Source of the DNA: Bdellovibrionales bacterium | GTDB taxonomy: Bacteria; Bdellovibrionota; Bdellovibrionia; Bdellovibrionales; UBA1609 | Length of the DNA: 64,000 bases | NCBI GenBank assembly: GCA_027317865.1 | Contig: DAHVQG010000012.1 | Span: forward strand, 1 to 64,000 | Direction: 5' to 3' | In this document: positions 56,598 to 64,000 of the stretch, piece after piece | Numbering within the stretch: the stretch's first letter is position 1 | How the letters are laid out: each line of letters begins with the position of its first letter | Made by a program: the position numbers and the translations under genes | Notes under the pieces: model-generated | Database searches by the model: none | What the model saw: the letters and a program-made list of their open reading frames with translations, nothing else | Told to the model about the DNA's origin: nothing

Positions 56598-57164
56598 TCA
56601 GCGTTTAATTTTATCAAGGGCTAAGTTCAACTCCAATACATTCACTCGCGGTTCACCCAAAACTTGCCACTGGCGCGGCTTGATGAATTTTTTCACCAGA
56701 GCCAGCACCTTATTGGAATCCAATCCGCGGGCTTTGGCAACTCGAGGCACCTGATACAGTGCCGCGCTCGGGCTGATATCAGGGTCAAGACCGCTCCCCG
56801 ACGCAAACAAAAGATCTTGTGGAGGTTCGCCAACCATCCCCGGGTCGGCATTCATCAGCCGTTTCTTTCGCTCTTCATAAGTTTTTTTAAGTACCGCGCT
56901 CGTCGGGCCCAAATTTGAACCGCCTGATGGTAGCGGATTATACTCCACTGCCGACGGCCGCGGCCAAAAATATTTAGAATTCTTAAAATTCTGCGCCACG
57001 AGCTTTGAGCCGATGAGCTGGCCCGCTTTATTGTAAACAAGACTACCTTCAACTTTTTGCGCGAAAAAGAAATTCCCGATTTCAGTAATGACAAACGGAT
57101 ACACACCGCCGGTGAGGATGGTCATAAAAATAAGCATCTTTAGTGCCGGACCAAATTGTTTCAT
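56598..57164 (-). CDS. kdpC: K+-transporting ATPase C subunit
   Basis: YFWPRPS, SGGSNLGP, ASGSGLDPDIS, GEPRVNVLELNLALD. Confidence 0.97.
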   Translation of the reverse strand: MKQFGPALKMLIFMTILTGGVYPFVITEIGNFFFAQKVEGSLVYNKAGQLIGSKLVAQNFKNSKYFWPRPSAVEYNPLPSGGSNLGPTSAVLKKTYEERKKRLMNADPGMVGEPPQDLLFASGSGLDPDISPSAALYQVPRVAKARGLDSNKVLALVKKFIKPRQWQVLGEPRVNVLELNLALDKIKR

Positions 57165-59263
57165 TATGCAATCCCCATAGCGTGAATGATCATGTCGATA
57201 ATTTTGATGCCGATAAAAGGCGCGATCAGCCCACCCAAACCATAGATCAAAAGATTTCGCCGCAAGACCGAAGATGCCCCCATCGCGCGATATTGCACAC
57301 CTTTCAACGCAAGCGGAATCAGCGCTACAATGATAAGCGCATTGAAAATCACCGCACTCAAAATTGCGCTTTCAGGTGAATGAAGGTGCATAATGTTGAG
57401 CTCACTCAGCGGCCCTGAGTGAAACCCCTTCATCACATAAACTGTACTAAACAGTGCCGGCAAAATAGCGAAATATTTCGCCACATCGTTGGCAATGCTG
57501 AAGGTCGTCAGCGACCCGCGAGTCATAAGCAATTGTTTGCCGATTTCGACAATCTCAATCAATTTTGTTGGATTGCTGTCAAGATCGACCATATTGCCGG
57601 CTTCGCGAGCGGCCTGCGTGCCCGTGTTCATCGCCACCCCCACGTCGGCTTGCGCGAGCGCCGGGGCATCGTTTGTCCCGTCACCGGTCATCGCAACTAA
57701 ATGGCCTTTTGCCTGTTCGTCGCGAATACGTTTGAGCTTTGTTTCGGGTGTCGCCTGGGCCATGAAATCGTCAACACCCGCTTCAGCCGCAATCGCCGCC
57801 GCCGTCAGCGGATTGTCACCCGTGATCATCACGGTGCGAATTCCCATTTTTCGAAGTTCCGCAAAACGCTCTTTAATTCCGCCTTTGACGATGTCTTTGA
57901 GCTGTACCACTCCTAAAATAATGTTGCGATCGGCGACAACAAGAGGCGTCTGACCGAGACGGGCGATTTCTTCAACTAAGAGGTCAAGCTCGCGCGGCAC
58001 CTGGCCGCCGTTTGAACGGACATATTCTTTCATCGCATCTGCGGCACCTTTTCTGATGGCCCGAATGCGGCCGCTTTCTTTCACATCAACGCCGCTCATT
58101 CTGGTTTGTGCCGAAAACGGCACAAATGTCGCCTCGTGAGGTTGTACGCTTTTGGCGCGCAGAGAAAATTTTTCTTTCGCTAAAACAACAATCGAACGCC
58201 CTTCGGGGGTTTCGTCTGAAAGCGACGCAAGTTGCGCGGCTTCGGCTAATTGCTCAACCGTCGCGCCTTTAACCGGTAAAAAAGCCGTGGCCATGCGATT
58301 GCCGAGTGTGATCGTCCCCGTTTTATCGAGGAGCAAAACGTCAATGTCGCCAGCCGCCTCAACCGAACGGCCACTTGTGGCGATGACATTGCGGCGAATA
58401 AGACGATCCATCCCGCTGATGCCGATCGCATTGAGCAAACCGCCAATAGTGGTCGGTATGAGACAAACCAAAAGCGCAATCAGAACCGGCACCGTAACAA
58501 TCCCTGAAAGGTTCTGCCCGCTTGCCGCAGCCGTGTAATCGGCAAAAGGTTTTAGAGTCATCACCGCCAAGAGAAAAATAATAGTGAGACCGGATAAGAC
58601 AATACTCAAAGCAATTTCATTCGGCGTTTTCTGTCTTTTGGCGCCTTCAACCAGCGCGATCATACGATCGAGAAAAGTCTGCCCTTGTTCGGCGGTAATT
58701 TTCACCAAAATCCGGTCACTGATTACGCGTGTACCACCTGTCACGGCGCTGCGATCCCCGCCGCTTTCGCGAATAACCGGCGCCGATTCACCCGTAATCG
58801 CCGATTCGTCAACGCTGGCGATCCCTTCGATTACTTCGCCATCTCCGGGGATTACATCACCCGCTTCGCAAACGACAACGTCACCTTTTTTTAATTCGGC
58901 GGCATTCACGTGCGTTTCTTTGTCGCCACGCAACCGCCGGGCAATAGTTGATGTCCGTGTTTTACGAAGTTCCGCAGCTTGCGCTTTACCGCGGCCTTCA
59001 GCAATCGCTTCGGCAAAATTCGCAAAAATAACCGTAAACCACAACCAAACCGCGATTTGAAATTCAAACCCGTGCGATCCGTTACCAAATCCAAATATTG
59101 CGTAAACTGTTGTAATAAATGCGCCGATTTCGGTTACAAACATGACCGGATTTCGCATTTGCACACGTGGGTCGAGCTTTGTTACGGCGTCTTTAAGCGC
59201 CGGCACAAAAATTTCTCTGTCAAACCAATGATGTTTAGCTTTTCTATGTGTCGCTTCGGCCAT
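57164..59263 (-). CDS. kdpB: K+-transporting P-type ATPase B subunit
   Basis: [33 protein letters not shown]. Confidence 0.98.
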   Translation of the reverse strand: MAEATHRKAKHHWFDREIFVPALKDAVTKLDPRVQMRNPVMFVTEIGAFITTVYAIFGFGNGSHGFEFQIAVWLWFTVIFANFAEAIAEGRGKAQAAELRKTRTSTIARRLRGDKETHVNAAELKKGDVVVCEAGDVIPGDGEVIEGIASVDESAITGESAPVIRESGGDRSAVTGGTRVISDRILVKITAEQGQTFLDRMIALVEGAKRQKTPNEIALSIVLSGLTIIFLLAVMTLKPFADYTAAASGQNLSGIVTVPVLIALLVCLIPTTIGGLLNAIGISGMDRLIRRNVIATSGRSVEAAGDIDVLLLDKTGTITLGNRMATAFLPVKGATVEQLAEAAQLASLSDETPEGRSIVVLAKEKFSLRAKSVQPHEATFVPFSAQTRMSGVDVKESGRIRAIRKGAADAMKEYVRSNGGQVPRELDLLVEEIARLGQTPLVVADRNIILGVVQLKDIVKGGIKERFAELRKMGIRTVMITGDNPLTAAAIAAEAGVDDFMAQATPETKLKRIRDEQAKGHLVAMTGDGTNDAPALAQADVGVAMNTGTQAAREAGNMVDLDSNPTKLIEIVEIGKQLLMTRGSLTTFSIANDVAKYFAILPALFSTVYVMKGFHSGPLSELNIMHLHSPESAILSAVIFNALIIVALIPLALKGVQYRAMGASSVLRRNLLIYGLGGLIAPFIGIKIIDMIIHAMGIA

Positions 59264-59279
59264 AAGGTGAATTCCTCAA

Positions 59280-61019
59280 TTAAAAAGTCACGCCTTTAAG
59301 CATTAAAAAGTGTTCAACAATCGGTCCGAGCGAAAGGGCCGGAACGAAGGTTAGCGCGCCGACAATTATAATCACTCCCGCCAGAAGAATGCCGAAGATC
59401 ACAGTGTCGGTGGCAAATGTGCCGCTCGATGACGGCGATATTTTTTTCTTTGCCATCTGACCGGCAATTGCCAGACACGGAATGATAACCACAAATCGGC
59501 CGATCAACATCGCAATCGCAAGCATGATATTGTAATAGTGCGTGTTCGCGTTGAGACCGGCAAATGCGCTACCGTTGTTAGCCGCCGCCGAAGTAAATGC
59601 GTACAAAATTTCGGTCAGGCCATGCGGCCCTTTATTTAAAACGCTGGATAGCCCGGCCGGTATGACGGCCGAAATCGCGGCCCCGACAAGAATTGCGGCG
59701 CACGGGCCAAGAATTCCAAGAATGGCCATTTTAATTTCAGGAGCTTCAATTTTTTTACCCAAATATTCAGGCGATCGCCCGACCATGAGACCCGATAAAA
59801 ACACCGTCAGTAATACAAAAAGCAGCATGCCGTACATCCCCGCGCCCACGCCGCCAAAAACCACCTCGCCCATCATCATGTTGAAAAGCGCGACGCCACC
59901 TGCAAGCGGAGACAAACTCGAATGCATGGCATTCACAGAACCGTTTGACGCAACAGTAGTTGCCGTTGACCAAAGCACACTATTTGTAACACCAAAACGG
60001 GTTTCAATGCCTTCCATGAGGCCCGATAAATGAAAAACGGGGTTAGGCGCATATTCGGCGTAAAGCGAAACCGAAAGACCCGCAAACCACAACAGAAACA
60101 TCACGATAAATAATGTCCAACCTTGTTTTTGCGCCTTGAGCATTCGCCCGTACGCGTAGGTGAGCGCCGCAGGGATCATTAAGATCGCAAGCATTTCAAA
60201 AAAATTCGAAAGCGGGGTCGGATTTTCAAACGGAGTCGCGCTGTTGGCGTTAAAAAATCCGCCGCCGTTCGTGCCGATTTGCTTAATCGCGACTTGCGAC
60301 GCCGCCGGGCCAAGCGGAATAACTTGTTTTACTCCTGCAACCGTCGTCGCTGTTTTGTACGCGTCAAAACTTTGCACGACGCCCTGGCTCATCAAAACGA
60401 TCGCCCATACGAACGCAAGCGGGAGCAAAATATAAACCGTGACGCGTGTGACATCGACCCAAAAATTGCCGATGCCGCCGCCGTTTGGGTCCGCTTCGCG
60501 ATCTAATCCGCGAGCAGGCGCAGAACCCGGGCGCTTGATTATTCCGCGAGTAAGGGCCAAAAATACGGCCATGCCCGTAGCCGCGCTCAAGAAATTTTGC
60601 ACGGCAAGCCCCGACATTTGGGTGAGATACGACATCGTCGTTTCACCGGCGTAACTTTGCCAGTTGGTGTTGGTCATAAAACTTACGGCGGTGTTGAAAG
60701 CCAACCGCCACGACACATTCGGTAAATGTTGTGGATTGAGCGGCAAACCATGTTGAAACATCTGCAGAAGCAAAACAGCAAGAAAACCAAAAAAGTTAAA
60801 CCACAATAGCGCTTTGGTGTAGTCCAACCAATCCATAGAAACCCGCGTATGAGCGCGGCCGATGACGCGATAAGTGAACTTTTCAAGCCAGCCAAGTATG
60901 GGAGTCAAAAAGGTGCGCTCGCCTTCGCATACACGGGCAATGTACCGCCCCAGCACAGGCGTCAGTAGAATCAGCGCCAAAATATAAATCGCGATCTGTT
61001 CAAAGTCGTTAAATCTCAT
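59280..61019 (-). CDS. kdpA: K+-transporting ATPase A subunit
   Basis: FNTAVSFMTNTNWQSY, GTNGGGFF, SNGSVNAMH, NNGSAFAG. Confidence 0.98.
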   Translation of the reverse strand: MRFNDFEQIAIYILALILLTPVLGRYIARVCEGERTFLTPILGWLEKFTYRVIGRAHTRVSMDWLDYTKALLWFNFFGFLAVLLLQMFQHGLPLNPQHLPNVSWRLAFNTAVSFMTNTNWQSYAGETTMSYLTQMSGLAVQNFLSAATGMAVFLALTRGIIKRPGSAPARGLDREADPNGGGIGNFWVDVTRVTVYILLPLAFVWAIVLMSQGVVQSFDAYKTATTVAGVKQVIPLGPAASQVAIKQIGTNGGGFFNANSATPFENPTPLSNFFEMLAILMIPAALTYAYGRMLKAQKQGWTLFIVMFLLWFAGLSVSLYAEYAPNPVFHLSGLMEGIETRFGVTNSVLWSTATTVASNGSVNAMHSSLSPLAGGVALFNMMMGEVVFGGVGAGMYGMLLFVLLTVFLSGLMVGRSPEYLGKKIEAPEIKMAILGILGPCAAILVGAAISAVIPAGLSSVLNKGPHGLTEILYAFTSAAANNGSAFAGLNANTHYYNIMLAIAMLIGRFVVIIPCLAIAGQMAKKKISPSSSGTFATDTVIFGILLAGVIIIVGALTFVPALSLGPIVEHFLMLKGVTF

Positions 61020-61038
61020 GTTGCTCTTTCACGAAAAA

Positions 61039-61122
61039 TCAAAATTTCTCGGGATTGAAAAGTGCGTACACCAAATACACCAAAACGGCGGCGCCTATAA
61101 TGCCAACAATAATAAAGCCCAT
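61039..61122 (-). CDS. kdpF: KdpF small subunit (27 aa, absent from the ORF track)
   Basis: Hand translation MGFIIVGIIGAAVLVYLVYALFNPEKF*, with the typical YL.YAL..PEKF end, directly upstream of kdpA. Confidence 0.93.
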   Translation of the reverse strand: MGFIIVGIIGAAVLVYLVYALFNPEKF

Positions 61123-61148
61123 ATAATCACCAGCGTATATCCAAACAC

Positions 61149-61177
61149 CGTAAAAAATCCGTAAAAATCGTAAAAAA
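61149..61177 (-). promoter_or_regulatory. Putative KdpE-binding T-rich direct repeats
   Basis: Minus strand TTTTTACG three times upstream of kdpF, similar to the TTTTTAC half-site of the E. coli kdp box. Confidence 0.6.
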
Positions 61178-61181
61178 GCGA

Positions 61182-61874
61182 TTAAACGATGCGATATCCA
61201 ATGCCCGGCTCTGTAAGAATATGCACGGGATGTGACGAGTCTATCTCAATTTTTTTTCGCAGTTGCGCGACGTATATGCGCAAATAATGGGTTTGGTCGA
61301 TCGACGTACGACCCCAAATTTGAGTTAAAAGTTGCGCCTGTGAAACGACTTTACCTTGATGGCGCACAAGCGCAATCAGTAGCTCGTACTCGGTGCCGGT
61401 CAGCTTGAGCAATTCATCGCCGCGGCGAACTTCACGCGAATTTATGTTCACCTCAAGGTCTCCTGATATAAAAACCGGTGTCGCTTCTTCGGCGTTGTGA
61501 TGACGCAAACTGACCCGGATGCGCGCGAGAAGTTCAGGTGTGCCGAACGGTTTCGTCAGGTAGTCATCCGCTCCCGCGTCCAGAAGCGCAACTTTAGTGC
61601 TCTGATCGTCCGTCACTGTTAATACAACCACGGGCACATTTGTCCATCGCCTGAGTGTGCGCAAAAAATCGATGCCGTTCATGTCGGGTAGGCCGAGATC
61701 TAAAATAATAAGATGAGGATGAAATTCAGCGGCTTTTTCTAGACCTTCAGTTCCGCTCGCAGCTTCTGAAACCTCGAAACTTTGATTATTGAGTTGGTGG
61801 TTTGACAAATGAATTCGCAAAATCTTTCGAATGGCGACCTCATCATCGACGATGAGGATTCGGCTCGTACTCAT
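61182..61874 (-). CDS. kdpE: OmpR-family response regulator KdpE
   Basis: ILIVDDE, LDLGLPD, ALLDAGADDYLTKPF, THYLRIYVAQLRKKIE, TEPGIGYR. Confidence 0.93.
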   Translation of the reverse strand: MSTSRILIVDDEVAIRKILRIHLSNHQLNNQSFEVSEAASGTEGLEKAAEFHPHLIILDLGLPDMNGIDFLRTLRRWTNVPVVVLTVTDDQSTKVALLDAGADDYLTKPFGTPELLARIRVSLRHHNAEEATPVFISGDLEVNINSREVRRGDELLKLTGTEYELLIALVRHQGKVVSQAQLLTQIWGRTSIDQTHYLRIYVAQLRKKIEIDSSHPVHILTEPGIGYRIV

Positions 61875-61907
61875 ACTGAGCAGCCTAAGTCAATCGGCGG
61901 GGAAGAA

Positions 61908-62714
61908 TCAACCGAAATGGCCGGTGACGTATTGTTTTGTCAGCTTTTGTTTTGGTTCGTTAAACAATTGACTCGTTTTGCTGAATTCAATCAGTTCGCC
62001 CATGTACATTAGCGCGGCGTAATCGGCTATTCGTGCCGCTTGCTGCATGTTGTGGGTCACCATCACGACCGTGTAATCGTTTTTGATTTCATGAATCAGC
62101 TCTTCAATTTTGGCCGAAGCCACCGGGTCAAGTGCGGACGTCGGTTCATCAAGGAGCAAAACCTCAGGGCGCACGGCAATGGCGCGCGCGATGCACAGGC
62201 GCTGTTGTTGCCCACCCGAAAGACGCGTTCCGCTTTTTTTCAGTTTATCTTTGACTTCGGGCCAAAGCGCCGCTTTTTCAAGCGCCCACTGCACGCGATC
62301 ATGCATTTCACTTTTTGTGAGATTTTCGTGGAGGCGCACTCCAAAGGCGACGTTGTCAAATATCGTCATCGGAAACGGCGTCGGTTTTTGAAAAACCATG
62401 CCGATCTTCGAACGCAACTGATTCACATCGTATTTAGAATCTAAAATATTTTGCCCGTTCATTATCGCTTCGCCGGTCACGCGATGTTTCGGATACAGTT
62501 CAAAAATCCGGTTCAAACTTCGCAGGAGTGACGACTTACCGCAACCCGAAGGGCCAATGAGCGCGGTCACCGTGTTTTCAGAAATTCGCATACTCACCGA
62601 TTTCACCGCGTGAAAATCGCCGTAGTAAAAATTCAAATTTCGCACATCGAGTTTAATTCGAGTCATAATCGGGAGCAATTTGCTGCTCGACGCCGCCGGT
62701 GTGTGGATTTCCAT
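61908..62714 (-). CDS. pstB: Phosphate ABC transporter ATPase
   Basis: [48 protein letters not shown]. Confidence 0.97.
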   Translation of the reverse strand: MEIHTPAASSSKLLPIMTRIKLDVRNLNFYYGDFHAVKSVSMRISENTVTALIGPSGCGKSSLLRSLNRIFELYPKHRVTGEAIMNGQNILDSKYDVNQLRSKIGMVFQKPTPFPMTIFDNVAFGVRLHENLTKSEMHDRVQWALEKAALWPEVKDKLKKSGTRLSGGQQQRLCIARAIAVRPEVLLLDEPTSALDPVASAKIEELIHEIKNDYTVVMVTHNMQQAARIADYAALMYMGELIEFSKTSQLFNEPKQKLTKQYVTGHFG

Positions 62715-63563
62715 TTAAAACACTCCTTGATGAGATCGGCCAAAAAGACGCGCCATTACGTTGAGAGCAAGTACACCTAAAGTAATCAGCAAAGCCCCTG
62801 CCCAAGCGAGATGCTGCCAATCGTTGTACGGGCTCATGGCGAACTGAAAAATGACGATGGGCAAACTCGCCATCGGCTTCGCCATATTGGTGCTCCAAAA
62901 CTGATTATTCAAACTGGTGAAAAGCAACGGCGCCGTTTCGCCGCTAATGCGCGCAATCGCAAGCAGCACGCCCGTTAGAATTCCCGTCTTGGCGGAGCGA
63001 TAACTAATGGACCAAACCACTCGCCAACGTGGTGCCCCCAATGCGGCGGCCGCTTCACGAAGTTGGGAGGGTACCATCTTGAGCATATTTTCAGTGCTCG
63101 TAACAATCACGGGGACCAGAATCACCGTTAGCGCCGCGGCTCCGGCCCATCCTGAAAAATGCCCGGTGCGCGCTACGATGACCGCATAGATAAAAAACCC
63201 GATCACGATCGACGGTGCCGAAAGCAAAATCTCATTGAGTAAACGAACGATATTTACCCAACGGGGTTTGTCGTTGAACTCGGCGAGATATGTCCCCGCA
63301 AGAATGCCCAAAGGAGTGCCAATTAATGTTGCCGTACCGGTCAAAAAAGCGCTGCCCACGATCGCATTGCGAAGGCCCCCCGCCGAGCCGGGCGGCGGAG
63401 TTTCGCGCGTAAAAATATGCGTGGTCAATGCCGGTAAACCATTTTTAATGAGTGTCCATAATATAGCTCCGAGAAAAAATAAGCCGAAGGCCATGGCCAA
63501 ATAGGCCATTGAAAGCGCGGCAAAGTTCGTGATTTTGCGCCGCCGCGCCTTAATAGTTTTCAC
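62715..63563 (-). CDS. pstA: Phosphate ABC transporter permease A
   Basis: [42 protein letters not shown] at 63563 overlaps the pstC stop. Confidence 0.95.
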   Translation of the reverse strand: MKTIKARRRKITNFAALSMAYLAMAFGLFFLGAILWTLIKNGLPALTTHIFTRETPPPGSAGGLRNAIVGSAFLTGTATLIGTPLGILAGTYLAEFNDKPRWVNIVRLLNEILLSAPSIVIGFFIYAVIVARTGHFSGWAGAAALTVILVPVIVTSTENMLKMVPSQLREAAAALGAPRWRVVWSISYRSAKTGILTGVLLAIARISGETAPLLFTSLNNQFWSTNMAKPMASLPIVIFQFAMSPYNDWQHLAWAGALLITLGVLALNVMARLFGRSHQGVF

Positions 63564-64000
63564 GCCAGAACCTCGTTTTTGCGTTTCACACTCCACAAGA
63601 TCCATTTCGCCGTCGCCAATACTAAAAACGTTAAAACAAACAAAATCAGCCCAAGCTCAATCAGCGAAGACGTGTAAATCGGGCCGATCGCTTCGGTAAA
63701 TTCGTTCGCGAGTGTCGATGAAATTGTCGCGCCCGGCATAAAAAGCGACCGCGTCAATTGGTGGGCATTGCCAATGACAAATGTCACGGCCATGGTTTCA
63801 CCAAGCGCGCGACCCAAACCAAGAATGATGCCGCCGACAACACCCGCTCGCGTTTCAGGTAAAACAATTTGAGAGACGACCTCCCACGTCGTAGCGCCGG
63901 TACCATAGGCCGATTCTTTCAACACGGGCGGAACAAGCAAAAATACATCGCGCATCACGGCCGAAATAAATGGAATGATCATGATGGCCAAAATAAAACC
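63560..64000 (-). CDS. pstC: Phosphate ABC transporter permease C (partial, 5' end beyond the window)
   Basis: [38 protein letters not shown]. Confidence 0.95.
   Translation of the reverse strand, partial: GFILAIMIIPFISAVMRDVFLLVPPVLKESAYGTGATTWEVVSQIVLPETRAGVVGGIILGLGRALGETMAVTFVIGNAHQLTRSLFMPGATISSTLANEFTEAIGPIYTSSLIELGLILFVLTFLVLATAKWILWSVKRKNEVLA

Overview
Bacterial chromosomal window, most likely from a Bdellovibrionota (Bdellovibrio-like) organism. This is inferred from the MAT-type fibre N-terminus, the Agl-Glt gene set, a YNAC-type lipobox and FliA-type promoters. Strongly basic periplasmic domains and a full kdp locus hint at an acidic habitat. Layout: (1) 1-3313 is the right end of an integrative element at tRNA-Asp (putative RHH protein, Replic_Relax protein, large nested hairpin, Xis-like HTH, tyrosine integrase, arm repeats). 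(2) 3.5-24 kb holds housekeeping genes (alkA-like, ALDH, orn, ahcY, map, SWIB, ettA, bolA, fumC, EVE, purK, purE, namZ-like) mixed with orphan secreted and membrane proteins, and ends at tRNA-Pro. (3) 24-54 kb is a surface-structure region: four adhesin-like lipoproteins (two vWA+TSP3-like) under duplicated sigma54 promoters; a compact Agl-Glt-like trans-envelope motor cluster (gltA/C/D/F/G-like, aglR/Q/S-like, plus an extra barrel); a phage-tail-fibre-like MAT protein followed by a beta-solenoid protein and an OM barrel; a divergent FecR-FnIII-barrel plus HAMP-PP2C pair; and a His/Met-rich periplasmic protein. A shared RTYTCA-N3-TGARAY palindrome recurs across this region. (4) 54-64 kb holds kdpE, kdpFABC, kdpD and pstCAB. 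Best candidates for an undescribed system are the self-contained Agl-Glt motor with its vWA lipoprotein cargo, and the two-part fibre/tip-adhesin module with its divergent signalling pair. All family calls come from motif recognition by eye; no database searches were run.
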